This document shows, one piece after another, positions 39,460-52,516 of a stretch of DNA of 64,000 bases. Origin of the DNA: Cycas panzhihuaensis (lineage: Eukaryota; Plantae; Cycadophyta); contig CM041465.1 of the NCBI GenBank assembly GCA_023213395.1, forward strand, positions 98,091,741 to 98,155,740. The letters run 5' to 3'. Position 1 is the first letter of the stretch. Each line of letters opens with the position of its first letter. The position numbers and the translations under genes are program-made. The notes under the pieces are model-generated. The model saw nothing but the letters and a program-made list of their open reading frames with translations, had not been told where the DNA came from and did not search any database.

Positions 39460-42400
39460 CTCTTAAAGTACCTAAGTTTGATGACACTTCATCCTAAGAT
39501 CGTACCAATCATGTCAAGGCATTTTCCATGACATGTATCAATTATTGGGTATATGATTATATTTTAATATAGTTATTTTTGAGATATCTACAAGGGGATG
39601 CTTTGAAATAGTTTTATTACTTGTCTACCCATTTAATACTATGCTTCCAACAACTAATTGACACCTTTATCAACTATTTTTATGTAGCACATCTATTCAA
39701 GACTGGGGCTAAAGCAATACTTTCCCTTAAATAGGAACTAGGTGAACTCAACTATGATTTTTCATAGTGATTCCCTAATATCCTTCATTCCTTTAAGGCC
39801 ATATTTTCTGAAGACCTAAAGAGGGATATCTTTATAAACACCCTTCGCATTGAAGTCCATGTTGAAGTACTTAAGATGGGGGTAATGACATGTAATTTAG
39901 CCATAGTTGAATGTTTATCCATTGAATCTATTAAGATCTAAGTTAGTATATAAAATGTCAACAAACCTCCCCCCACATTGTGAGGTACTACCTCCCTCAT
40001 GTTACCAAAGGCCATAACCAACAACTTCTAGGCCTTTTGTTAGTAACACTAACAAAATAATAGACTAGTTTACATCTTCATTTCACTCATTTGTGTGAGT
40101 AATTAAATATTTAAAGCTCCAACTAAACTAATATATATCTAAGCCATAGGCCCCATCCTATGGGTGTAGACCATTCATCAAGCCACCCAAACTGTCATCT
40201 AAACAAAGGAGGGCCTAACCCTCCTTAAGAAAAGAAGTCCCAACCATCATTTAAGAAGAGATGGTGTGCTACTCATGGCTACTATACCCATGATGATACT
40301 TATTGATGGACTTAGTATCTTGAGCTAGTACCTCTTCAAGATACCCCATCTTAACTTAGTTCTAAATTGAATTTATACCAACTAATCCACTAAGAACCCT
40401 TTCCAAGCCATGATGCTCCTAAGAAACCACCTCAGCCATAAAACCAACATGTCAAAGGGTATTCTAAGCCTTAATGAATACTTGCTCCTCTTAGTCCATT
40501 ATCTGATTAACCTAAAGGTAAAGCCTAAGGTGATATGACTAACCCAACTAGCCCTATATCTCAAGAGGAGCTCTCACCTATTCAACATCATACTACTAAG
40601 GATAAATAGATTATCCATATGTTGGAAACCACTCAGGTGTATGCAGTGACTTGAACCCAAATGACCAAAGAAGTTGGGGAAGCCTCTTCATCTCAACCAC
40701 CACCTCCCAATCTTTCTCTTATTGAAATATTTGTTGTTCCAAAATAATTCTTATTTGCCCTAGTTGTTATGACTTTTGGAGGGCCCTTCCTCAACCCAAT
40801 AATAATGGGAAGTCCTTTTCAATAATTGTTGAACACCACATTATCTCCACGAGTATGCCCGTGATGGAAATCTTGTGGAGATACCCTAATCGATGAGCTT
40901 TACTTTTGGAAGCCCTTGGGCATAAGGAAGTCCTTATCCATTCAATCTCCACCACTCTATGGGACTAGTCTGTCATTTCCTTCAACCCAAATAAATTATC
41001 ATTTACTGATAAGCATGAGGAATGTTTTTACTATCTATTCACCATCATAATTAAGACCTCCAAATTTTATTTAAAGAGAATAATGGTAGACAATGGCTCT
41101 TTAGTGAATTCCATGCCTATTAAAATGGTTAAAAAGTTAGACATTAGGTCTCATAAACCTATTTCATTAAGGTGTCAAGGGTATGATGGCAATGAGAAAG
41201 CTCCCATGGGGACCATTACCTTGCCTTTGACCTTAGGAGATAAGACCATTACCATAGACATTATTGTATTAGACATTAATATTAATTATAATGTCATTTT
41301 GGGATGGCCTTAGCTAGACCAAATAGGAGCCATCTATTTCTCCTTATGGGGGAAACTCAAATTTCTCCATGAAATGCGAGTTTGAGTTGTGGCTCATGAG
41401 CCTTCCCCACCTTGAACATCACTTCTTGCCTTCCAAGCCATCTTTAATGCCATGGATAGTGATTTTGATACTCTTAATACCTTCATGGTAGCCTTCTTTG
41501 ATGGGGGAACACCCTTATCATGATATTGACCCTCCATCCTTAGGGCCCTATAAGGTCTATTTCACTCCTATTAGTGTAGGTAGCTATGGTTACCTTACTA
41601 TCCTTAGTGACCCTAAATGAAATGATGAGGACTTTCAACCCCCTATAATATAAGTGGCTATTATTACCTCCTCTCAAGGGAAAATATCTCATAGGGATAT
41701 CCCTCCCTCTTTTGGTCTAAACCCATATACTCTTATTATTCCTTAGCACCAACATGATTCCATTAAGAATGCACAAGCACGATCTCCCTCATATTTGTCT
41801 TATCATGAATCCCCTTTCTAGTGATCATAGTTAGCTCACAATTCTTCCTAACTACTCTATAATTGACATTTGGATCATCTAAGTGATGATCACTTATCAC
41901 TAGAACCAGCTTGGTCTAGTCCACACTCTTTTGTCCAAGCCATTTTTCATGGGGGTATTCTTTGGCTCATGGCTCACTTGGAAGTCATCTTAGGAGCCTA
42001 TAGATTCCCTCCAATTGAGCCTAGATCTTCATTTTCTATCATAACATGCTTATTCCCCCATCTCAAACCATTAACATGATTTATTGTGTGTGGAATTACT
42101 TAGATTCATGGTTATGAGGCTTGACCCTAACTAATCACTTCCTATTAATGATTCTAATAAAGACTCCGTGTCACTCTTATCCCATGAAGAGTTGATCATA
42201 TGAGACCATAAACATCATAGACCCCCTACCTTTGAGACCATAAACATCATAGATCCCCTTCCTTTAAGCATGAGCTAGAGCACCACCTACTTACCCTTAC
42301 TCCAATTTATTACCTAATTTTGCATCTTTATATGAACTCATCTGAAAAGTTACCCCCTATCTTGACTAGATGATTAATCACTATATGGGATTCCAAGTCT

Positions 42401-45400
42401 ATATATAGCCCCTTTTTCCAAGTGTAATACCATCTATATGGTTGACTACTTTGAAAATGATGAAGCCCTACTTGAACACTTAGCAAGTTCATCTCCTAAT
42501 CACCCCCCAAACCATAAGTTAGGGTTTTATAAGTGCTTAGTCCTTGGCTCTCCACTTACAAATCCCCACATTACTCAAAACCCCTAAATCCTCAAATTAA
42601 TTAGGCTTCTCCTCACTTTAAAGAGGAAAACATACTCTTATATGGGAAAACCATGGATATAATCCTCACCCTAGAGAAGATCATCAAGGTTAGCATTGAA
42701 TGATCCCTTGAGGAAATCAAAGAATATACTAGGTTATTTCATGAATTTTAGGATATATTCACATAGGACTACATAAACATGAAGGGTATAAGCCTTGGAA
42801 TCATGACTAATAATCTCACCATGATCCCTAAAGACAAGCTAAATTTATAGAAATAATGACTGCTTTATCTTAGGTTGTCAACAATTATGAAGATAGAGGT
42901 AAAAAAGCTACATAACGTTGGCCTTATAACGTTAATAGACTACCCTAAATGGGTGTCTAACATCATGCTAGTAGCTAAGAAGAATAGGACTATATGTATT
43001 TTCATGGATTTTATAAATAGAAATGATGCTTACCCTAAGGATAATCTTTTCCTTCCCTTCATAGATTACATTGTTAATAGTATCACTAGATTTAAGGTCA
43101 TGTCTTTAATAGATGGCTTCTCAAGACACAACCAAATCTAAATCTTGCCTATGGACCACCACAAGATAGGCTTTATAATGCTTTAGGGGATGTTTTCCTA
43201 TGTAGAAATTCCATTTAGTCTTAAAAATGATAGTGTGACCTATCAATGAGCTCTGCATTTCATTTTTCATGACCTTATCAACAAGATTCTTGAGGTTTTC
43301 ATGGATGACTTGATGGGTCTATAATGGAAAAGAGTCAATCACCCTATATACTTAAGAAGAATTTTCCTCAGATGTAGGAAATTCCATATTATCCCTAACC
43401 ATCATAAATGTGTCTTTGCTAGCATGACTGATAAACTATTAGGCTTTTGTATTTCATAATAAAAAATCCAAGTTGATCTCATTAACGTCAAGGACATTAT
43501 AGAAATACTCCACCAAAAACTCAAAGATAGATCAAGTTATTTTTAGGCAGATAGAGTTTTCTAAGATGATTCTTAGTATACTTCACCCTAAATGCTAAAT
43601 CACTAATGAATCTCCTTTAAAAAGAGGATCCTGTTTGTTTAGTCCCCATCAACCTAAGTAACTTTCCAAGAGCTCAAATGGGCTCTCTTCTCTACTCTTA
43701 TCTTTACAGCCCTAATATTTGACTAATTGTTCATCTTGTATACATCATCAACAAATGAATTAATTAGTGTTATGTTATCCTAAGAGGATGACTTTAAGAC
43801 TAAGAGAGTCATATACTTTATTAGTCAAACATTGGTCACAACTAAGATTAATTAGAACCCTATTGAGAAGGAGTCCCTAGCCTTAGTATTTACCACTAAA
43901 AAGTCGAGGCATTACCACTTAGGCAATACCATTAAGGTGATTGTCTAGTCAAATCCTCTTTGCTAACTCATGACAAGGTCTAACTTGATGGGATGAATAA
44001 AAAAATATGCTATCCTATTCTAGGAGTATGATCTCATGATCATTAATAGGAAATCCAAAAGGGGATGGTAGTTATTGAGAAACTTGCTTATGCACCCCTC
44101 ACCAACCCTTCTAGTGCTTTGGTCAATGACTCTTTACCCAATGAAACTATTTTCACCCTAAAACAATCTAAGATCTAAAGGCTAATAAATAAATTTTGGT
44201 ATAATAATATTGTATACAACTTAACCCAATATACCTACTCCTAATATGCTAATGAGAAGGCTAATTAATGCATAAGGACTATTGCTCAATAGTACTTCTT
44301 TATATAGGGCATATTATATAAGAAATCATTTAATGGGATCCTCCTTAATTGTACCAACCCTAATGAGACCAACCAAGTCCTCCATTAATGCCACGATAGC
44401 ATATATAGAGGGAATCTTGGGGGATAATCTATGGTCCAAAGGATCTTATGCATGGGGTTCCATTAGTCTATGCTTTTTAAAGATGCCCATACTTATGTGC
44501 AATGATGTTGAAAATGCTAAGAGTACTTGAACATTGTCCATTGATCATCTCAAACCTTATATACTATAATGTTACCATGGCCTTTTTCTCAATGGGGTCT
44601 CAATCTTATTAAGGCTATTGCACCATTTTCCTCTGCCCAACATAAGTTTATACTAACTACAACATAATATTTAACCAAGTAGGTAGAGGTGGTTCCTTTT
44701 TCATTAACAATGGATAAAATGATTACCACATTCATATTCTAAAATATCATTTATAAGGTTAGGGCTCCTAACATTCTAATAACTAATAATTAGATTCTAT
44801 TTTGTAATGAGAAAATGGATGAGATTTATGAGAAGTTTCAAATCTCTTATAATACTCCGTTGCCCTACTATCCTTAAGCCAATGTCTAAATTAAGGCCTT
44901 TAATAGAATAATGGCAAGTATTCTAAAAAAGACTATGACCAAGTCCCAAAAGGATTGACATCTATAAATTTATCTAGCTCTATGGGCATATTAAATATCC
45001 ATTAGAATAGCCACATGCATGACAACCCTTCTTCTTAGACTATGAATCAGATCTTTTCTTACTACTTGAGGTAGAAATCTTATCTTTACAGGTTTCATCA
45101 ATGAATAATGGCATCACTAAGCTCCTCTACTTGATTTAAAAGTGATAGATGAAAAGTATCTTATCACTTACTAGGCTAACTTAGCACCATAAGCTAAGAC
45201 TCAAAGGGCCTATAAAAAGCATCTGTAGCCATGACAATTGGTCCTAAGTGACGAGGTCTTAAAATTTGAATATTTTTGTGACTACCTTACAATGTTTGTG
45301 CCTAAATGGGCTAGTACATTTGTTGTATTACAAAGTCTGGCTAATAAGGCATATTATATTATAGCTATTAAAGGCCTTGAATTTGAAAAAGCTATTAATG

Positions 45401-45429
45401 AGAAGTTTCTCAAAAAAAATTATATTTGA
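39460..45429 (+). pseudogene. Tat-type gag-pol of element E (gag, PR, RT, RH, INT)
   Basis: LQGDALK*FY (gag); MVDNGSLVN...NYNVILGWP (PR); PKWVSNIMLVAKKN...PKDNLFLPFID...DGFSRHNQI and FMDDL (RT); IEKESLAL (RH); PWPFSQWGL (INT); PKW..F...NEKFLKK (INT C-terminus). Confidence 0.92.
42201..42264 (+). repeat. 32-bp tandem duplication in the PR-RT spacer of E
   Basis: tgagaccataaacatcatagaccccctacctt occurs twice with 2 mismatches. Confidence 0.9.
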
Positions 45430-46949
45430 TCTTCCCTATAAGGAGCAACCTTACTTAAAAAAGAACCTAAACTACCTTTGTTCATGATGTGCATTACTCT
45501 TATTAGGGGTATACCATCATGCTGTGCTTATCATCTTACCCTATCCTTTACCATTGATAGGATTTTGTCCCATGGGGGAATTATGCTTCTCTATAAGCAT
45601 AAATTGTGACTACTCCATCATGAGTATAAATTATCACTTGTGAATATTATCCCCTAAAAAAAATTATAAAACCTATAAAAAAAATTTAAAAAAATATAAA
45701 TATATTTTAATTTCATTTATAGTTTTGGTTTTTTGCTTTTTGGTCTAGCTCTAACATGAGTCTAAACTATGCTTAGTTTCTTATAGTTTCATATCCATAA
45801 TGATGATGACTACACCATGTGCCTATGATGAGACTCTTTACTCTAATATGAGATCTTTTTCCCCCATGGGCATCTCCCATGGGGTATGAGACTTATCCAT
45901 GAGCATAAACTATTGTTTATAGGTTACCTTATACCAAGTCTCACATAGTCTGATTTAGTTATTAATTATGTTTTATATATTATGTGTACCATGATGCTTT
46001 CCTTAGAGAAATATTAATAAAGTAGTACATAAAAGTGAATCATAACTCATCGTATGAACTACATAATATGACCACATACGTCCATACAAGAGAACATAAA
46101 TATAAATCAAATGGGAAAGCTCAAATAAACTCCCATATATATGAAATGAATGGGTGTATGTATATCAAATATCATGAGGGAGCTGGAGTCCTTATAAGGA
46201 TGTATATTTACTCAAAGTTCCCTATAGTACACTCTCCCCAACACTTGAAGGCCAACTTGCCTCTCCTAAAATCCCAAGTATAAAGGATTGCCACAACCTA
46301 TCTCCCCTCTCCTGTATAGGCCTTCTCTCTAATGTCCTTATGCTAGTAGTTAGGCTATATCTGGGGTAATGTGATACCCTACCTTACTCGACCCATCTCT
46401 CACCCACTGTCATAGGGTAGATATGGTTTCTAACTATGGCTCTATGATCACCCAAGAATCATCTTACTTACCAACTCATCATGTTAATACTCTAAGCAAT
46501 CACATTTAGCCTAGAGTAGGTCTCTCTCTCATTGGACCTCCTCTAAACAAGCTCATAGGTTATTGATTTGTCTTTGATTCTAGCATTACCTCAAGTGGAG
46601 CCATAGCTATTGGTTCCATTATGCCCCATCCTCATCCCTCCAAATCTCTAATCCTTGCCTATAACTTATGTCTCTTGGCTACCCACAACTCTATATCCCT
46701 CACTATAGGGGAAAATACTATCGTATATGGGAACACTTATGCAAGCTCCTCACTATCCATAATGGGAGGCTACTCCTCCACATATACCATAGGTAGGAGA
46801 TTGTTGATCACTCATGGGTGAGCTTTAGGGTAAAACTCGCATCTACCAGACAAACAAATATTATAGTCAATGATTATCATACACATATCCAAAGCTAATC
46901 AGAAGTAGCTAAATGAAATTCAAGCTTTGAAATACATAAGAGAGGGGTA

Positions 46950-49423
46950 GGTCATAATAATATACCTAGCAACAAGGGCTTAGGGTATGAGAAATGTTGG
47001 TGTGAGGTGGAGGGTAAACTAAGGCCTTACTCAAGGTACTTGTACACCATTTAGGCATAGGTTGTAGAGCTATATTACATTCTTTAGCAATTAGAGGAAT
47101 GGGATAACTAAGGAAACATAGATACTTATGTATACTTATGAGTAGTATAGTTGTATGAGTAACAAAGATCCTATGGTAGACTACGAAGGGAGACACACAT
47201 CTAAATACATCTATATGTTCTTTTGATTTAATGCAAACAAGAGGGTTGCCCTAACTAGTAGCACAATATCACCCTATGAGTTTGGGACTTGCAACTATAT
47301 AGTCTCCCTTCCTTTGCTTAGGCTCTCAATTAAAGTATGTAAAACCTATAGTGAAATGCATTGGTGTGATGTAATGTGCATGAAAGAAAAAAAATGGGGT
47401 TCCTTCCTTTTTTGTGGAGTTTTATGGTTTTTTCTTTTTCTTTTTAAATCATTTTATGGTTAAAGGGAGAAACATAAATAAGATGCCTAAATAGGAAATC
47501 TACTTTCCTTTTTCCATTTCTTTCTTTTTTTTTTTAGTTTTGGGGGAGAAGAGGGAGAAAACTAAATGAATAGGAAAACCTTTTCTCTCTTTTTTTTTTC
47601 CCTTTTTTCCTTTTATTTTTTTCAAAAGAGAAAAAAGTTAAGTAAGGTAGAAACAAGAGCCTACATAAGTTTCCTTTTACTTATTTTTTTCATTAGTTTT
47701 GATTCCCTTCTTTTCTCTGTTTTCTCTAAAAAGGAAATAGACTAAGAGGAAAGAAAGAAAGAGTACTTTGAACTAACATGAAACACTCCTTTAATGTTGC
47801 TTCCTTTTAATGCAAGATGGTTGGTCTTGGGATGTGGCTCAAATGAAAAGAGATATTTGTAATATGTAATGTCTAAAGAGAATCTAACAATATTTCTACT
47901 TTTCAAATGGACTTATGATGTATAAAAGGTTTGCATAGACAACCCAAAGTAAGGAAAGACAAGCACAACCAATGGTGGATTGAACTTACCTCTTATATAT
48001 CCTTACCTTGAGGAGTTAACGTAGTGTATGGTTTCAAGCTCTAGTTAGTAGAGGGACATTGGCTTAATCTCTAAATTCCTATAATAAAATAAGTGCTATA
48101 CTTATAAGATGAACACCAACAATCAAGTAACACCATATCTATGCAATATCTTCTATAAAAAAATGATGATAAATGAACAAAGAAGATATGTGGCTCAACT
48201 TAGTAGTGGAAGAGAAAATAGAACCTTAGATTTACTTTATGTCCCCTAAGTGAAGTAGACTCCTTAAGATATACTTAGGCACTACCTTTCCCTGTAATGA
48301 CCTCTTAACTTGATGGTATAATGGGTAAGAGAGGAATAAGGAGGAGGGATGATAAAAGAGAGACAATGTTAAACAATGAACAACCTATTGAATAACAAAA
48401 CACAATATGTAAATAAAAGGAAACTATCTTATGGATGCAATAGAGGGATGATTGCCTCATCCTAATGAAGTGGAAGTGGATAATGGTTAATGATTCTCCA
48501 TTGAAGGGCACTTCAATACTATTGGAAGGGAATATCTCTAAGTGTACAAGCAAGTAAGGGATGATATAGACCAAGGAAGCCTAGTTCTCTTGGAATTTTA
48601 ATAGCATAACAACATTACCTTTGATTCTCAACTTGATCTACCCCTTTTCAATGGAAAAGTGGGGAGATTTATAGATGAGGGTGAAGTTGAGAAAGGTGGT
48701 TTTTATCCCACAATATAGAAGAAAATAAGGGGATAAATCCATAATTCATGCTCATGGATTTGGGTAAAAAGCAATGGGGAAGATAGATTTTAGGTGTGAT
48801 TTAGTCTCTTAGGCCACCCAAAACTAACGATGTTGATCTAGGGCTAATGTGGGTCACCCAAGACTGACAGGAAACCATTAACGAGCCAACTATCACCATC
48901 AAGACTGAATATGGGTAGGTGGTTATCATATCATGAATATATTTATGGTATTATAAAATCATTTGCAGTACTTTAAAATACTTCATAGTACCACTATTAC
49001 AAGAAAAATGCATAATGGTTTGGTATTAGATAGGGTTATTTAGTGAAAAACACATGTAAATAGGCTAGAAACTAATCAATGATGAAGTCTAGGTGTAGAT
49101 ACAATCAACATGAAGAAGTGGATGATGAAATAAAGCATAAATAGTAGATCCAAATGAGACTAAATAGACCCTATAAAGGGATAAACACATGTTCCAACTC
49201 AAAGAGCCTATTGGGTGTACTTACAACCAATGACTGAAGTCATGCTTATCATAAATTAAGAGTATACATGGCTTATCAACAAAATAAATAAACAATCAAT
49301 ATACATAACCATAATCTACTATCATATAATTATAGACAATAATAAAAGTATAGAGATGTAGAAATGTACTTATACTTACCTATCTGTTATGATACCCATG
49401 CCATTCCTAGGAGTTGGGAAACA
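46950..49423 (-). repeat. Tat-like 3' LTR 'F', with PPT and about 550 bp of 3'UTR at 49424-49975
   Basis: Minus-strand start is TGTTTCCC at 49423, preceded by the purine-rich aagaggccag; colinear with LTR G. The left boundary is approximate. Confidence 0.7.
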
Positions 49424-49974
49424 CTGGCCTCTTAGCAATAAAGCCTCTTCAACCTATAGCCTGAAGATGGCAAATGCTACTAATATAAATGATGTTAAAT
49501 GTAATACTAAACCCATATATATATGGAATAAGGGGCTTGGTCTACCATAATTTTTCCTTATTAGTAGAGAATTAGAGGGGGTTACGCTTAGTTTCACCTT
49601 ATTAGGGAACTATATTGAAGGTGTACTAGATAAGAAGGGAGAATGGGTTAGTAACCATATTAACTCAAGTAGGCCAATGGTCATAGGAGATTTAAATGGG
49701 TATAAGTAGGGCTGCCATAGTTTATTCTCATCAATGGCTATCTTTTCAAAGTAAGTAATCAAGTGGTTAGGGGATTTCCCCAATAACAAAACAAGATCAT
49801 CATCATAGCGTGTAGTTAGGCTTAAAATACTTGGACCCTTGGATATATGAAGCAATGCCTCAAATGTCTAGGGAGGAGATTCAATAGTCAATATGGGTCA
49901 CCATAGTTTAACCTCATTAATGGTCATTTAAAACATATATAAATAAGGGGCAAGTCATGGATGATAGATCTGAT

Positions 49975-52375
49975 GATAAAAGCCTAGGGTGTATAAAGGT
50001 TAGATATGTGGGGGAAGGTGAGCTAAAAACCTTAATCAAGGCATTTATGTATCTCTTAGATGCAAATGTAGGGAAACATTATGTGTCAAATAGTTGAAAG
50101 GAAGGCTAAACTAGGGCAATACAAGTGCATACATATGTGAATGGTCCTCTTGTCTTGGTTGTGATGGGGTCTATGGCAAACTATTAGGGTTAGCACACAT
50201 ACCCATATACATCTAAATACTCTTTTATTTAATGAATATAAGGAAAAACCCTAGCTAAATACACAATGTTTCCCTATGGATTTGAGAACTTGCAACTATA
50301 AAATCCATTCTCTCATTTGTGCTTCTAATAAAAAGGAACAATGTAAGGACTAATGTGTTAAATGCTTATGCAATATAATGCATATAAGGAAACGAAAATG
50401 GAAATGTTTGTTTCTCTTTCTCTTTAGGGGTTTTGAAATTTTCTTCTTTCTTGGGGGTTTTTATTCCTTTACCCAAAAGAAGGGAAATAAATAGAAGACC
50501 CAATAAGGACGAAGCCAACTTTTCCCTTTTTCCCTTTTCCTTTTTCCATTTTCTTTATCTTTAGATCTTTTTCCTTATTAAAGAAAAAAGGGGAATGAGG
50601 GGGAATAGAACAAAGAAAGATCTACCTAAATTCCATTTCATTCATTCCTTAGATTTATTTTAAAATCTTTCTTTCTTCTTTCATTTTTCTCACCTACTAG
50701 AAAGAAAATAAAATGAAAGTAAACAACGGAAAGAGAGCATACCTGGAGATGGTGGAATCCACTTGTTGGGTGGTGTCCTTCCTTAATATAAGATGGATTA
50801 TGATAGGAGAAAGTCTCCAATGAAAGGGGTATGCCCTATTATATAGACTTAAAGTAAATTTGGTAGAATTTCTACTTATCAAATATGCTTATGACATGGG
50901 AAAAGAGTATGGTAAAGACTCAAAATAAGGAAATATAAACTAAACTCAATAACTTAGCATATCTATTATGAGTCCTTATTAAATAGAGATTTTGATGAGT
51001 AGCTCTAAGCTCTTAACTAATGGCGAGGAGATAGAAAGATCTCCTTTCTCCTTGTAATAGTGTGAGTGGTATTCTTGCAAGGCAATCACAATAAAGGGCA
51101 CAACAAAATATATATAATATCTCTAGCAAATAATAGAGCCAAAAATGAGCTAAATATATATCCAAATCAAATAGTGAAAATTAGGTGGAGGATCCTTAGA
51201 TTGACTTAGTATCCCCCTAATATGGTAGGATCCCCAAGTAATACTTAGGTGTTACCTCCCTTTGCAATGTCCTCTTTAAACCTATAATAAGATAAACAAG
51301 TAGGCTAAAAAAGGAGGATGTTATGAAGGGGAAATAACTATGCAATAATTAACATACCAAGTAAAGCAAAACAATATAAAAATATGTAGCAATACATATG
51401 GAAGAACTTACCAAAGGGCAAATAGAGGAGGTTTACCTCTTTCTTGAATGGTGGAGGTGGCCAATGGTTAAAAATCTCCACTCCAAGACGTCCTCTTACT
51501 AATGGAAGTGTGTATCTCCAAAGATATAATCATAAGTGATATATGGGGACCAAGGATGCCAAATTATCATAGAATTTCAATAGCATTATAACATGGTGTT
51601 ATGTCTCAACTTGATCCCTCTTTCTCAATAAAATGTTAAGGAGAATTATAAATGAGGGCAAGACTAGAGGAGGTGGTTTTTAGCCCATTAGAAGAAAACC
51701 ATGGGATAAATCCATGAGTAAGACTCATGGATTTGGGCCAAAATCACATGGAGATGATTAAACTTGGGGTTGATTTATCCTCTTAGGCCACCAAAATCTG
51801 ACAAGCATAAATATGGGGTTGGCACAAGGTACTCAGGACTATTATAGGAGTATTAATATGTTGACTATGACTAATAAACTTGAATCCGGATTAGTGGTAG
51901 TCGTACCATAAAGATATTTATGGTACCATAAAATACTATATAGTACTACTATTGCATGCAAAATAGGTAGCAATTTGGTAACAAACTCAATTTTCTATTA
52001 ACAAGCTTATGACAACAAACCAAAAACTCATCAGTGAAAGGTCTTGGGTGTAGACACATACAATATGAAATGGAAAACAATAAATAATATAATTAATAAA
52101 TGAAAATGAGGTAAAGAGGGCACTACAAGGGGGATAAACACCTTTTCTCATTCAAGGAGATTAATAAGTGGACCAACGACTATTAACTAGAGTCATACTC
52201 ATCATTAGCTAAAATAAATGTGGGCTACCACGTAGAATAATCAAGAAAACAAAAGAATAAACTCACTCTTTATAATCATGATATATAAAATTGATAAGAT
52301 ATAAAGAGTAATGAATCATCCCTCCATTTACCTGTTTGCCATAACATCCATGTAATTTTTAGGCATTAGGAAATA
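49975..52375 (-). repeat. Tat-like 3' LTR 'G'; its 3'UTR continues at 52376-52516 and 59961-60752
   Basis: Minus-strand start is TATTTCC at 52375 after the PPT aagggggtag; 59970-60100 matches the F 3'UTR at 49570-49700. Confidence 0.72.
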
Positions 52376-52516
52376 CTACCCCCTTAGAAGTAGAGCCTTT
52401 TCAACCTATGGCTAGAAAATAGTGAATATTGTTAATAGAAATGATGAGAGATATAACAATAAACTAATGTGTATATGGAATAAGAGACTAGGTTTACCAT
52501 AGTTTTACCTCATTAC

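Larger units (their letters stand above)
35414..46000 (+). mobile_element. Tat-like Gypsy element 'E': 5' LTR, PBS, decayed gag-pol and 3'UTR; no 3' LTR in the window
   Basis: LTR at 35414-37895, PBS at 37897 and pol motifs through to 45429. The right boundary is approximate. Confidence 0.85.
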
